From assembly GCA_977020255.1 (NCBI GenBank), contig CDROCS010002559.1, forward strand, positions 248,001 to 312,000: a stretch of 64,000 nucleotides of DNA, in the 5' to 3' direction. This DNA is from Obrimoposthia wandeli (lineage: Eukaryota). The translations under genes were made by a program, and so were the position numbers. The notes under the pieces were generated by a model. It saw only the letters and a program-made list of their open reading frames with translations, had not been told where the DNA came from and did no database searches. Of this stretch, positions 48,801 to 62,520 are shown piece by piece (position 1 is the stretch's first letter; each line of letters opens with the position of its first letter).

Positions 48801-50541
48801 GTTTGTTATATCCTTAAACTTTATTATCTTAGTGTTCATAGACGTGAAAACGCCTATTTTTCTTCTGTAAAGGTTTTTACGAATATTTGCCTCTTTTTTA
48901 AATCAAATGCCAAGACATAATTATTAAAATTTTTATTAGGCAAAAACATTTTTTTTGAGTAGCTATCATCTGGATAACTTTACACTTCTTTCCTTCATAA
49001 ATCCATTTTGCCTCGTACATTTCATCCATTATTTTTAATTGTGATGGTTTTACTTTTCTTTCTTCAGCTATTATACTTTTTAATTCTTCATTTGAAATTC
49101 CTTGGTTCACCTGCTTTCTTCTGATCTTTCCTTGTTCTTCTATCGCTATTTCCACTTTCTGCTTTTCTTCTTCTTTTAAATTCCAATTCTTATGCAGTTT
49201 TCCGTCCTTTTTAATTTTATTTTTTGTAATTTTAAGACTTTTTCTATCTTTATTATGGGTAGTTGATATTTAATGGCTTTGACTACCTCCTTGCTCCAGC
49301 TTTGTCCTCATATCTTCTCTAAATGTTTTCCCCTTTCTTTTCCTCTAACCAACTTATTCATTAGAACACTCACTCTCTCCTCCTCCCCTATCTCTTTTCC
49401 TTTTTCTCTCTTTCCTATATTTGTTTCCTACAGCTTTTCTTTTATTGTCTTTACTATTACTATTACTTTATTATTAATATTATTTAATCTTTCTCCTTGC
49501 CTCCCGTTTCTAGACTCTCCACTCTTCCTGCTTCCTGGTACAAGCTCTTTGCAGGTTTGTGGAGTTATGTTGACTCGTGTGGCAAGAGGTTGATTTTATA
49601 TTATTTTATTATTTAATTCACATATAGAGTAAGAGACACAAGAAGATACAGTTTCACAATCAATCACAAATGAATCATCGACCCATTCTGGAGTTCCATC
49701 TTCTGTTTCTTCAGCCTCTGGATCCTCTTCAACAGATTTTGGTGTTTCATCAGCAACCTTCACTGCTCCCTCAGTAACTTTGGTTACCTCCTCTACGACC
49801 TTTGGGTTCTCCTCGACAACTTTTGTTACTTCTTTTAAATATAATTTTTCAAAGATGTCTCCAACAGCTTTATGAAATTTTTGATTATTTCCGTAATCAC
49901 TTCCAACTATATTACTCCATGATAGTTTTCTGTTAATGCCGTAATAATTATTTATATGTTTAAAGTAAAAATTTTAAAGTCTTTTTTATTTATATTTTTC
50001 AAATTTACAAAACCTAAACTCCCAACAAAATCCCCTCGTATAATTTCTCGGGGCAATTTGAAGGGGCCACCACAACCTAACAGATTAATCCTAACAAATT
50101 CCAACTCAAATATAGCCGTCACACTCGGTCGATCACCAAGACCTCTCTGTGATAAAAACCTACCAAAACGTCCGCACCAGAACTCTCCATTGTTTCCCGA
50201 CAACTCCCCCATTTGTGGCTATTACATATTTGTGGAGAAATGGAGGTTTACTTCAAAACATTTCAAATAAAGCTACCTCACATGCCCATATATTAACTTT
50301 CTCCTTTTTCCGTTTTTCATTTTTTGTCACTGATCCTCTAGCATCAAACACAGTATGGTTTGGATTCATGGTCACTTAATTCTTTGCCGCATCATCAATT
50401 AATCTTTCACTGTCGGTAAAAGCAACATAACTTGGAGGTGTTCAGTTACCTTGATAACTTGCAACATTTTCCTTTTCAGTGATTTGACTGGAATTAACCT
50501 CGCTATCGGCTACCATTATTTGTTTCCATTTTGACACCAAT
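45880..50541 (-). mobile_element. BEL/Pao LTR retrotransposon, decayed, RT/RNase H deleted, integrase cut by the Polinton
   Basis: PBS-like TGGTGTCAAAA one nt after ...GTCGACA at 50541; DUF1759-like gag (PIFSCQ...WKTTF); CLNCLKSGH...C...HHWLLH; ALLDD, IGADL, ARRTPLG; IN FWIL...APLP..RL...VDFAGP...FVCLYT. Confidence 0.88.
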
Positions 50542-50544
50542 GTC

Positions 50545-50830
50545 GACATATCTGTTACCCGCACTGTTCGGGGTATTGCTGTATAGTAATTTACAAAATT
50601 GTATTTTCAATTTCCAAAGTTATAGTATTTTTTTAAAAACTTTTGATATTTTATTATTAATAATAATTATTATTAATTTATTATATAATGCATCAAACAG
50701 TGTGATTCCGAACAGTGCAAGACATATCTGTTACCCGCACTGTTCGGGGTATTGCTGTATAGTAATTTTAAAAATTGTATTTCCAATTTCCAAAGTTATA
50801 GCCTTTTTTTTAAACTTTTGATATTTTATA
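50545..50830. repeat. Two ~110-bp direct repeats in the presumed BEL 5' LTR
   Basis: GACATATCTGTTACCCGCACTGTTCGGGGTATTGCTG... at 50545 and 50721. Confidence 0.85.
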
Positions 50831-51054
50831 ATTAATACTTCTACTTGTGTCTATTTTTTTTAAAACGATTTTGACTATTTTAATAATTTCCATTTATGTT
50901 TATAGTATTTGAAAGTGTGTTATATAAATGAAAAATTGTAAAAATATAACATTGTACCAAAATAATTTTCCAGTAATTTTCATTATTTAATTATGTTTAT
51001 ACATTTTATTTTCAATATTACTTTGAATATTGCATCTGCATATTCATATAAATC

Positions 51055-52466
51055 TGTTGGGTATTTAATTGAAATTAATTAATTTAAAGTCAATTTAAAT
51101 TGACATTTTATAATTATCTAAAGTGCCCACAATTAGGGAGGTTTTTCAAATTTAGCCTCCGACGGGTTGTTAGCCCGTTTCGCCCTGCCGGGCTCATCAG
51201 GAAGGCGGCGAAAAAAGCGGTTGATAAAAGGGATTCTTATCATAAAAATATTACCGCCCAGTAGCAGCGACCTATCCCCTTCATCATCATCCGGAGAGGC
51301 AACAACCTTAATCATCATCAGCATCCTCATCCATCATCCTCTCGGCAACATTCACACATCCCATCGCCATTCAATCATCCCATCTCGGAAGCAGTTGCCT
51401 CCCTAGCAACAAATACTGGCTAGTGTGTGTAACACGTTCAATCCCTACTCATCTCCCCGCCGGCCAGTCGCTATCTGCAGCCGATCTGATTTTCGCCTAC
51501 CCAACCACCCAACTAACAGTTCTTCACTTTGGCGACAGTACATGCCATTTACTCTCTCGGTCGGCCCTCTTTTCCCAACGCGGTCTCACCTTCATCTCTT
51601 TGCTGACCTCCACACACGGCTGTGTGCTCCGGCCAGTGGTGTCGCAGAAGGAATGTACCTGCGATCACTTCATCAGCCAGATAACTGACGTCAGCCAATC
51701 ATCTGAGGAGTGCAAATCCCGCTGCCCAGTTCCAGTTGGCAGGCAGCATACCTCCATGCGGTTTGCATCCGACTGCCACTGCTGCAGCAGCAATAACAGC
51801 CATTCTCCCTGTGTTGTGTGACCTCAATTATCGACCAGTGACTTAGAATTGGAATATATACATGTGCTGATCGAATTAAATAAACAGTTTTCTCTACAAG
51901 AATAATTACTTCAACTAATTGAAAATTGTGAAATTATATAAAAGCTATAACTACAATTTACATTTATGCCAATTTGAACTATTTATGAAACTACAATTTA
52001 CATTTATGCCAATTTGAACTATTTATGAAACTACAATTTACATTTATGCCAATTTGAACTATTTATGAAACTACAATTTACATTTATGCCAATTTGAACT
52101 ATTTATGAAACTACAATTTACATTTATGCCAATTTGAACTATTTATGAAACTACAATTTACATTTATGCCAATTTGAACTATTTATGAAACTACAATTTA
52201 CATTTATGCCAATTTGAACTATTTATGAAACTACAATTTACATTTATGCCAATTTGAACTATTTATGAAACTACAATTTACATTTATGCCAATTTGAACT
52301 ATTTATGAAACTACAATTTACATTTATGCCAATTTGAACTATTTATGAAACTACAATTTACATTTATGCCAATTTGAACTATTTATGAAACTACAATTTA
52401 CATTTATGTCAATTTGAACGACTGATTTTATTTATTAAAAACAATTTACGTTTGAAATACATAACA
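51055..52466 (+). mobile_element. Solo LTR, 1412 bp
   Basis: TGTTG...ATAACA termini, 4-bp TSD AATC; shares GTTTCGCCCTGCCGGGCTC with the LTR at 36731. Confidence 0.88.
51950..52418. repeat. 40-bp near-perfect tandem repeat, ~11.7 copies
   Basis: Unit ACTACAATTTACATTTATGCCAATTTGAACTATTTATGAA. Confidence 0.97.
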
Positions 52467-53379
52467 AATCTACATTTATCCCAAGTAATTCATTCATGAA
52501 ACCAATTTCTTAATCAGTTCGACTTTATCTACGGATTGACTACATATACCAGTCTTTATATGAAATAGCTCTGTATACAGTGTTATGACTACGTTCATAT
52601 ATAAATTTGTATCAGTTAAAAGAAAATATATTTAAAATATCTTGAGGATATTTGAATTATTTATTAAAAATGAACTAACATACCTTTGTATTTTATACCC
52701 ACATACATTTATTGATATATATTTATATTTAATTTTAATTTGTTTCTAAAATTCCAAAAAGGAAAATTGAAATTTTAATAATTATTTTATTATCAAAATT
52801 TCTTTCAAATTCAAAATTTTGTTTATATACATTTTATAATGGAAATACTTAATAAACCTCTGAATGTATCTTAACTTACATTTTCAAAATAATAACTTTT
52901 TAAAACCAATGAAACAAAATAGTCATATGACAATAACTTTGAGTAAAATAGTTTCAAATAAATATGTTTTTTTATTTAGCATATTGAGTACGTATTATTT
53001 TTTCGATAAAACTCAATTTTTTGTCACTTGATTTAACACTTATATATTAATTATTTTATTTTTCAATTTTTTGTCACTTGATTTAACACTTATATATTAT
53101 ATTTATTACACAAAATATATATATTCTGAGAGTAATTTATAATATTCATTTTCATCATACTAATGTTTATATTTTAGAAGAAAAAAAATTATTTAAAATA
53201 ATCTTTTATATATTTGAAAAAGATTAGAAATTATTAAACCTGATAAAAAATATCGAAAATCTAAATTATAGTTTGATAAAATCTATACGATAAAATAAAA
53301 TAAAACTATAAATCAATTTAACTATTTTTTAATTAAGGTATGTTTTCAAAATTTTCCATTTTATCACTTTTATTTCTGT

Positions 53380-55000
53380 ATTTTATATAATATGGAGAAA
53401 AAGTAGGGAGAACACATATAGTGCAAAGTTAAGCCCAGAGAAACAGGGAGATAACCCTAGCAAGAAGATAGAGAATAAATAGACGTTGTACTGTTGTTGT
53501 ACTGGAGTACGGAGAAGCCTGGCTATGTATATTGATGGCTGGTAAGGAGAAAAATGGTCGCTGGCCAGGGAAAATAAGTTTTTAATTAAATGTAACGTAT
53601 ATGTTTAATTATCCGCATAAAAATAATTGTTGTGTAGGACTAATCGTAGTTTTGTCCAAACAAAATAAATGTCTTGTATTTAATATCCAAATTATAAATT
53701 CCACTTTTGTATTTAAAATTTCATTTCTTCCAATTAGTTCAAGTAGTTTTGTATTGCTTTCAATTAGTACAAATAGATTTTAATTCAATGTTAAAAGTAT
53801 ATTTCACAATCTTGTATTTTCAATTATACCAAATAGTTTTTAATTCCACCTCAATTTTGTCGTCAAAGTAATGTTATTTCAGCTGCAAACTCTGTCGTTG
53901 AAAAGAGAGGGAAGTTTATGGATAGAGTGAAAATGACAGAGGAAAGGTGAGAGAGGAGAGAGGGAAACTGATAATTCCTGAACAGGACAAATGTCATTGA
54001 TGGAGACAGGGGATATTTCTTCCATGACTGTTTCTGCTGAATGCTGCTATGGTTGTGTTATTGCTGCTAATGAACTGTGTTCTGCTACAGCAACTGAGTA
54101 GCGGACAAATATCAAAGGAAGACCGACAGCAGGCTCCTGGCCTTTATCACCATTGCTAAGCCATAGAGGAATTCTTTGAAGACGGAGAACATCCATGAGA
54201 AATGATGGCCATTGATATAGTGAGTGGCACAAGAACAGAAACTCGCAGTAGACTTGTGAATTCAGTTCATATTTGTTCGGCTAACCTGTTGAAAGATGTT
54301 GATAATAAGTTTGTGATAAAATTGGTAAAAATAATATAATATGGTTTTAATATATTTTCGGATTAGGAGACTAAATATAATTTTTCCGGAATTTCAGAGT
54401 GGATTCCAAAATAATAATTTTACTTTTAATTTTTTAAAAGATATAATATAGCCGTGTACAATGTTTCTTTTAATTGTGCATAAGGCGATAGAGATTGAGG
54501 GAAAAGGGATATAGGGAAGACTGGTAGAGAATGAAGATAGGAATAAAGGAAAACAGCTGTACAATAGCTGATATGGTTGTGGCTGCTAATGTTAGAGATC
54601 AGGGAGAGGCCGCAGAGTATTTATCTTGCTGTTGAAGTAAACAGAGAGAGACTAATATGGAAAGAGGGAAGAAACAGTTTGTGTTTGTTTTGGATGGCCA
54701 TTTGATCCGGACGAAAAAGTAGGGAGAACACAGATAGTGCAAAGTTAAGCCCAACAAAACAGGAAGATAACCCTAGCAAGAAGATAGAGAATATATAGAC
54801 GGCTGTTGTTGTACTGGAGTACGGAGAAGCCTGGTTATGTATAATGATGGCTGGTAAGGAGAAAAATGGTCGCTGGCCAGGGAAAAACGACAGAAAAACC
54901 TGCGGTAGTAGCAGTTCGATCAGAAAATTTCTGGGTGGTTTGTCCAGTGGATCAAATACCACCTCGTTGTTTCCTCCTGACTTATCTCCGACTTCGCGGT
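53380..55000 (-). mobile_element. Probable Penelope-like retroelement relic with a ~200-bp internal duplication
   Basis: Direct repeat at ~53395-53575 and ~54715-54890. Weak frameshifted motifs (SHH...ASPYSS...NGHP) recall the Penelope RT thumb; a hammerhead lies adjacent. Confidence 0.35.
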
Positions 55001-55037
55001 AGACAAGTACCTGCAAATTCGAAGATAACCATTCGCT

Positions 55038-55093
55038 GACCGCCTGAAGAGTCCAGCAGGTCGAAACAGTTGAAAGTGTTAACTGTCACGATC
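55038..55093 (+). ncRNA. Minimal type I hammerhead ribozyme (partly degenerate)
   Basis: Core CTGAAGA (55044-55050), stem II GTCC/GGTC, GAAA (55063-55066), perfect stem III ACAGTT/AACTGT, GUC triplet ending at 55087; stem I pairs 4 of 6. Confidence 0.7.
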
Positions 55094-56401
55094 TGTATTT
55101 ACTGCCTGATTGTTGGTATTTCAGTATTCAAAAATTATTTTTACTGAATTAATTAAGATTAATTAAACTATTCTGAATCCTAGCACAGGTGTTGGACCAC
55201 AGTAGAGAGAAATGGTTGCAGATTAGAAGGATATTTCTATCTGTGACTATTCTGGGCGAAACTAGCTCTGGAAAAATTATTTCTGCTTCGATCACAGATC
55301 GATTTGGCCTTCAGCGGTCTACTCCATCTTGTATCGACTCTTCCTCACTACACGTGTTATTTCATTCTACTGGCCATCTCTGTATTTACAGGTGTTTGTT
55401 CACCGCAAAGTTTAAGCTAACACTCGTAATTTCCTTGATGAGTCTGGCATGGTTAAACGGTGATAAAATGAAATTTATTAATATTAAAAATTTCAATTAG
55501 TGCCTATTGTACTTCACAATTACATATTTAATTGTTTTTAATTAATAATCTCAAACCCAAACATGTATGATTTAAAAAATATAAATTTAATTTAAAATTT
55601 GAACTTAACAAAGTAATGTTGTGATTGTTTTTGCTAATATTGAAATATTAAAATATCTACTTGATGTTATTTAAAATAATAATTTGATTTATAAGTAGTA
55701 AAAATAATTTAAGTATTTTAGATTTACTTATATTTATACCTATTACATATTTTAAGAATATAGCATATGATACAAAATTCTTATTTAATTCTTTAACTGT
55801 ATTAACATTAGTTTTTTACAATAAAAATGAAATTTAGTGTAAAACGTATGTACAGTTAAAAATGAATAACAATTAGTTAAAAATCATCCTAAAGTACTCA
55901 TATTAATATATTTGGATTAAAGTCTCATTAAAACTTTAACCCAATTTTTAGATTTGTCGTTCAGTGAATATTACTACACTTGTTTAATGTAAACTGTCTA
56001 ATCAAATAGGTTTTCTTTTCTTTAAATTGAAATATTATCAAACTATTTCTAGTGCTGATAAATCTAAATTTTTTTGATATTTCAATGTAGCAATTGTTTA
56101 ATTTTTTATAGCCTAAATTTGACAAATTACATAATTTTTAATAATATTATTAATAATTTTGTTTGTAGATAATTTTCTGTTGATATTGATATTTTTTAAA
56201 CTTTTTTTGTAATTAATTATCAAAATTTTATTTACCTATATAATATTGACATTATTATCACTATTATTACAATTTAAAATTATAATATTAAAAATAATAT
56301 ACAAATAATATTCAATCAACCATGTGATTATATAAAATAATTTTCAATACAAATTTTGTTTTTTAAAATGTATTAGAATCCTTTTTTTTGTCTTATTTGA
56401 A

Positions 56402-59400
56402 ATGAATGTAAACCCTTCTATTTATATAGGGCGTAAAATTAGAGTAAATTCTACAAAATTTATTTGTGAAGGAGTCATTTTGAAATTAGAAAAGCATTTA
56501 TTGACTTTAGAAAATTGTTACATAAACCAAAGGAAAGCTTTAACCAAATATGTTGGAATCGAGTAATATAATTTAAATAAAGAAAATAATTAAAAAAAAT
56601 TTAGCGTTGAACTAATAAAATCTCTCGTATTCATAAATGATTTTTCTATTGTTGATCCTCAAATTTCAAGCCCAAAAGGTGCTGTTGCTCTTAATGTATA
56701 TAGTTCAGATGTTCAACCACCTGCAATACGCAAAGGTGGTTCATCGTCAGCTGTTTGCAGGAGTTTAGTTCGTAAAAATTCGAGTTCAAAAGAAAGTATG
56801 ATATTTTGTAAATTTGATTTTTGATAAATTAGGTTTCCAAATTCAAGATATATACCAAAACGATAGTAAGCCTCGATCCAGAGTGAATAGCATCACTACC
56901 AGTTCTAGTGTGCCATCTTGGATGAATTACCAAATTGACAATGAATTTGATTTTGACAAAAATCTTGCCTTATTTGACAAGGAAGCATATTCTTCCGAAT
57001 TCAAGATTAGGAACCAACGAATAGAGAGTAAGATTTTTTATTGTTTTTTGGTATTATCTAAATTTATTTGCATTATATTTCTGCATTAGAAACATATGAT
57101 TGATGTATTTTTGGTATTAAATTATTCGGTATGGTATTTGCACTTATTACATATTTGTACTTTTTAATGGTTTTTATATATTGAAATTAAATTTTTTTAT
57201 AATAGTTATAAAATAATAATTAACAGTGTAATAATTACCCATGCAATTACTATATTAACAACAATATATATTTAATATAGTGCTAATATCTAATAAATAT
57301 GAGTTATATATGAGCGTTTTTTCTCATTATACTTCGTAGTATTTTCTGAATAGTAAAATCTCAGCTGCTTCTTGCATTTGTGAACATTGATACAGTTTCT
57401 TTTATTCATCGGTAGATTATTGTAAAGATTCAGAACAAAATTTTCAAATATTCCACCACTCTTTTCTATTTGAGAGGTTCTTAATCAATCTGAACTTTAA
57501 TTTTTTTATATTCACCTTTGCAAAATTTCTGATATTAATTCATAATTTATTTGAAAGAATAGGCTATCGTAGATTCATGCGTTTGTGCAATTCTTAATTT
57601 CCTTTCTTCTTTTTTTTGTTCTCTTGTATTGACTATTTCGCTACTAAATCAATTTTCGATAGCTAAAAACTAATACATGAATATAAATGTTTTGTAGGAT
57701 TCGTGACATTTTAATGAGTTTAACTTTTATGTATTTTTATTACATTCTGTAATTTACTGAATCCAAATTTTGTTGATGAAGACTTGACAAATTGTGATAA
57801 AATTTCCATGAGATTCGAAAGGTTATTGTTCGTAGCCTTGTTTTAATTTATCAGACGAAATGGTTATTTTGTGGAGTAGATCGAGTTGAAAAGTCATATA
57901 GTTACAGCGTAACCTAGTATATTGATCAACCTGGACAGTTTATAGTCGTTATTCAACTTAAATTTCTGTATTTGATAACTAAGTTGGTCATTTATGTTTT
58001 TAAATATATTTATAATTTTTCTACGTTTTTCTACAACAAAATAAGAATGCTTTTATTATATCACAATTTTAAACGGAGAACGTGTCTAATGTTGTTAATT
58101 TTTACATCTGTGTTTATTTTCACCTTTTTGCCTTGGATACAGATGGCTCCGATTCAAGTGATTCCGTGGGCATTAACATCGCTTCTGGTCGGCGTGTTAG
58201 TCAAGGAGGGCAGCAACAGCGTAAGAAGAGGAGTGAAGACAACATCATAAGCTTCAATGCGGACGACTTCTGCAGCAATGATGAGACGAGGCCAGGAAGC
58301 AGCGGTGGCAGCAAGTATCCATTCAGTGACTGCGAGAAACTGGCCTCTTCAACAGGTTCAAACGGAAGATTGTGTAGCGACATATTCAGCGATTTCAAGC
58401 AGATAGGTATCATTCCCACAGATGGTGCATCACAAGAGCCACTTAGTACCTTATCTGCCACCAGTATTTCAGACAATCTCCATCTTCAACCTGGTGAGTT
58501 TTTTTTAATGAGCTCATATTCGTTAATATTTCGATATCATTCAAACCACCATACAGAGAAATATTAAAAACTTAATTTCATATTTTTGATCCACATATGA
58601 AAAAAATGGATTCTATGACAAAAAAGAATACAAAAAAAAGTACACATGAAAATTCTGCTCAGATAGTAACCCACTGTAATAAATGCTCACATGAAAAATG
58701 CTCACATATACAAAAAATTATTTTCTAGATTCTCTTTGTAAAGGAATAAGTGAGCTATCTCTCATGAACCATGTTTTGTGTATGGTGATCTTTACTTTAT
58801 AACTTTTAAGTTGATCTACTACTTGTAGAGCTGTTTATTACATAAATGTACTTCTTTCTTTGCGATAATCTTTGTATGTGAGTATTTATGACAGTAGGGT
58901 TTGTTTGTGTGGAATTTTCATGTAGGCTTTTTTGTATGCGCTTTTGTCTGTTCGCCGTAAAAAGTATAATGGGGTTTTATTGAAAAAACATTATTTGATA
59001 AATAATTTCTAATATATAGCAATATATTAGTAACTTTTGGATTTATTGTTAATCCTTATTATCAAAATAAATCGATAAAAACGAGATAAATGATTCGCTA
59101 AAAATTATTTTTGACGTCACTCATAAAATCAATCAATTATTTTTTACATAATTTGAAATTTTTCCTATCATAATAATCTTTATTTACGATAGATATTGTT
59201 CAAGAAGTAACGAAACGACGGATATTCAAGACACATCAGCACGAATCGTCAATCCTGACAATCCGGACTCCAAATGACCAGTTCAAGGAGTTCATTGACT
59301 TTTGGAAGCTCGACAATGGCAAGTCGTTTCCGGTCTTCACAAACAAGCAGAAAGAACTTCTTTTCCGCAACTCATACAGTGTTGGGCTCTCGCAAAAATA

Positions 59401-59466
59401 CCTCATTGACAGTGTAGGCAAGTCACTCGCAGACTTTGTCATACAGCAAGTTGGAGTACCCACGAG
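56402..59466 (+). CDS. EDC3: Enhancer of mRNA decapping 3 (5' portion)
   Basis: Exons 56402-56562, 56605-56795, 56833-57027, 58143-58493, 59193-59466 splice in phase. N-terminal LSm-like domain, FDF motif EFDFDKNLALFDK, and start of the YjeF_N domain (KLDNGKSFP...GLSQKYLIDSVG). Remaining exons not identified. Confidence 0.85.
58631..58935. mobile_element. MITE-like inverted repeat element in an EDC3 intron
   Basis: Imperfect ~60-bp terminal inverted repeats (ACCCACTGTAATAAATGCTCACAT vs ATGTGAGTATTTATGACAGTAGGGT). Confidence 0.5.
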
Positions 59467-60253
59467 GTAAGAGCAGATTAGTGTAATTTTTGTCTTAATT
59501 ACGTTTGATGGCACATAACACAGTCCGATAAACTTGATGTAAACAAAGATCGAATCAGCTATAAATTTCTTAGAACCACCACTATTTGAGAATCTGACAA
59601 GGCACATTAATGTTCTGCGAGATAATTTTCAAGTGCTACAATACATTTTTTCTGATTTGTAAAAAAATTAAATTGATATATCTGATATTTGCAGTCAAGT
59701 TTCAAATATTCGATCAAAAGTGCCTGAACTTTTGTTAATGTTGGATGATGAGATGCATGTATGCTGAACAAACATCGAACCACGATAGGAATTTATTTAT
59801 AATCGAAAACAAACCCACCCATCTTATTAAAAATTAAATGTAGAAAATTTCCACTATAAATAAATTTGATTAAATAAAATATCTAAATATTCCTGCCAAA
59901 AATTCTTTCTTACTGTGTGCTGATCTTTAAAATGTTTGAAAACTGTACTATCCGGCTGCGTTAATTCATATATTTGAAGAGTACACCTTTAAGTCATCAG
60001 CGGTTTTTCAACATCATATTCTATCTCATCAATGCTTTGCTGAACGGAAGAGTTACTCAGAGACAGTAGCTTCATGCTTTTTCAATTTGATTGTATTACA
60101 ATTTTGTTGTTGAAAATCTCAACTTCATTGATATGATTTTAAATAAATAATAGATTCTTTAGTTGGATTTCCTAACGTTACGTAAAATTTTGACTTAACA
60201 AATTATTTGACGAAATTGGTACAATGGGAATTTATTTATGCTATACTTTGTTA

Positions 60254-62520
60254 CAGGGCGCAACCAGAAATTCTTATTGGGGGTGCAAAAACGATTTAAA
60301 AAAAGAAGGATTTCTTTATTTTATTATATAACAAAGTCTAGTCTCCTTTTGGTTTTAGAAAACAAATTTAAAATTTCACTTTCATCCACTGTAACACCTT
60401 CATAAATATATAATAAAGCTAGTCCATTTAATCTTTCTTGTGCATTTGAATTTCTCAAATACGTTTTAAAGTATTTAATCGTTGAAAAAGATTTCTCTGC
60501 ATTGCAGGTTGTCACTGGTAATGTTGCTAATATCTTTAAAAGTTTGTATATAATGAAATATTTCAGGATTATAAAGTTGCAAATTCTCTATTGCGCAATT
60601 TGGCCTTTCTTCTACTGAATCTTTAAATTTTCTTTGCCACAAGTTATATTCAGCAATTAAGGTGTTTTCTTTACAGTTTGGCAAATAATATAGATATCTA
60701 GAAATTAATATTTTAAGCTTTGCTTCATAATCGATATTATTTTTCCGGGCATTAAAATGTTCATCGACTGGAGTATTTCTTAGTGTTTCAAAAATCTTTC
60801 GTCTAAATGTGTTAAAATTTCATCTAACATTTGGGTAAATATTGATACTCGATAATAAGCATCTGTTGAGTCTGTATTATAATTGGAACGATATATTTGT
60901 CAATTAGCTAATCGGTGTGTACTGATTTCAAAGTTTTTATCAATATTTTGAAGAAATTCTTCAGCTTCCTTATAAATAAGTCCCGGAGGGGGACCTATTG
61001 CCTTGAGTTAGTATGCGCGATTTTCAGACCAAATGTAGGTCAAGTCTCGAAATCCTACATACAACACCAGACATGACTTGGATGAAAATTTTTTTTTAGT
61101 CATTTTGAGTCCTTTTAAGCCAATTTAAACAATTTTAGACATTTTAACGACATTCTGTTTAAAATATGTCTTATACAGACATTTTTAAGCCACTATAGTG
61201 TTTGGACTAAATCAAAGCGACAGAGGGGAGGGGGGCTATGTCGCTTTGGTTTAGTACTGACACTATATACTACTTAAATATTTGAAAATATTTCAGTTGA
61301 AGTATTTTGCATGTATTTCATATCTTGAATGGTATTTGTACATAAATTTAAGGTTTCAACTAAATCAAGTGAAACAGATTGCAGCATTTTACATAGTGGT
61401 AATGTATAAGAAAAACATTTCTCAGCCGTGAGCAATGTAATTACAAAAGTTAAAATTTTAATTGAATTTAAGAGCAAATGTGCTCCAGAGGAAGCATATT
61501 TGTCGTGCCATGTTTCAATGGCTTCCAATGCAGCAACCAAAGGCTTGAATAATTCTTTCATTACCACTACTGATTTATGGCGTAGAATTCAACGCGTGGG
61601 ACACATCTGTTTTAAATGTTCTAAATGTTTTAAATTCTTGAAGTACTGCATTTCGTTTTGGAGTATTCATAAAAGAATAACATTTCTCAACAATTCCCAT
61701 GCAGTTTCGGATTTCTGCAACCTTACTGGCATTTGAAATTGCTAAATTAAGACTGTGATGCACAGTTAACATATATGGCGTTCGGATTTGTTTCCAGAAT
61801 TTTTGCTTGCCACCCATTAATTTTACCTGACATTGCAGCAGCTCCGTCATAACCCTGTCCTCTTAAATAATTAAGATCTAACCCTGTTTCATTTAAAAAG
61901 TTAATGAGAGTGACAGCCAAATATTCACCCCGAGTTGACTTTACAGGAACAAATTGCAAAAAATATTCTGGTAATTTTCTAAATCCACAAATCTAACGCA
62001 AATTGAGAACTGTTCCTTTGTCGATATATCTGTAGTTTCATCCGCAAATACAGAAAAACACTTACTTTTGTTAACTTTTTTAATTAGTTTTCTAAGAATT
62101 ATGTCGATACAAGTTCTTATAATTTCATTTTGTACTTTCCATGAAGTATACATAGCATTTGATGCTGAATTTTCTAAATGGGACTTTAGAAAGTTGTCTC
62201 CAGAGTCAACACGAAATTTTACCAATTGGCGCAAATTTCCTACCTGATGTTGCTCTACAACAGGATTATTGATAATTATACGGCCCGAATCTATATGTCC
62301 TCTAAGTGGTAATCCATTCCTTCCACAAAATAAAACTGTACGAATTATTGGAATCAATTTTAATCTGTTTTCCTCAACCGTCTTTTGACGAGCTATATCT
62401 ACTAAATTTATTACCGATAAGTTTTTTCCTTGATTATTATTTTTCAAATTATCAGCTCGAATTAATGCAAATTTATGGTAATTAGTTTTTTGATGGTCTT
62501 TAAATTTTTCTGTAGCTTTT
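60254..62520 (-). mobile_element. hAT (Tip100/DUF4371-type) transposon, decayed, 5' end cut by a Polinton terminus
   Basis: TIR CAGGGCGCAACCAG at 60254; LRGH...GN, SWKVQNEII, FSVFADETTD, RGQGYDGAAAMSG, CPTR, AEKSFS...KTYLRNS..QERLNGLALL. Confidence 0.92.
60979..61274. mobile_element. 296-bp insertion with 6-bp TSD and AGT...ACTACT ends
   Basis: TSD TAAATA at 60973-60978 and 61275-61280; excision restores the hAT frame (FSNIYKEAEEF). Confidence 0.75.

Noticed and set aside
46395-49593. Hydrophobic plus-strand ORFs (46395, 47698, 48307, 49273)
   Set aside because: Antisense to the K/E-rich BEL coding strand.
51133-51821. ORFs in the third LTR
   Set aside because: Overlapping ORFs in several frames on both strands, explained by high GC.
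51950-52418. 40-bp array as a CRISPR
   Set aside because: Head-to-tail identical units with no spacers, inside an LTR in eukaryotic DNA.
54621-55016. Multi-pass membrane protein
   Set aside because: F/L/S richness follows from the pyrimidine-rich strand; the region is duplicated and frameshifted like a retroelement relic.
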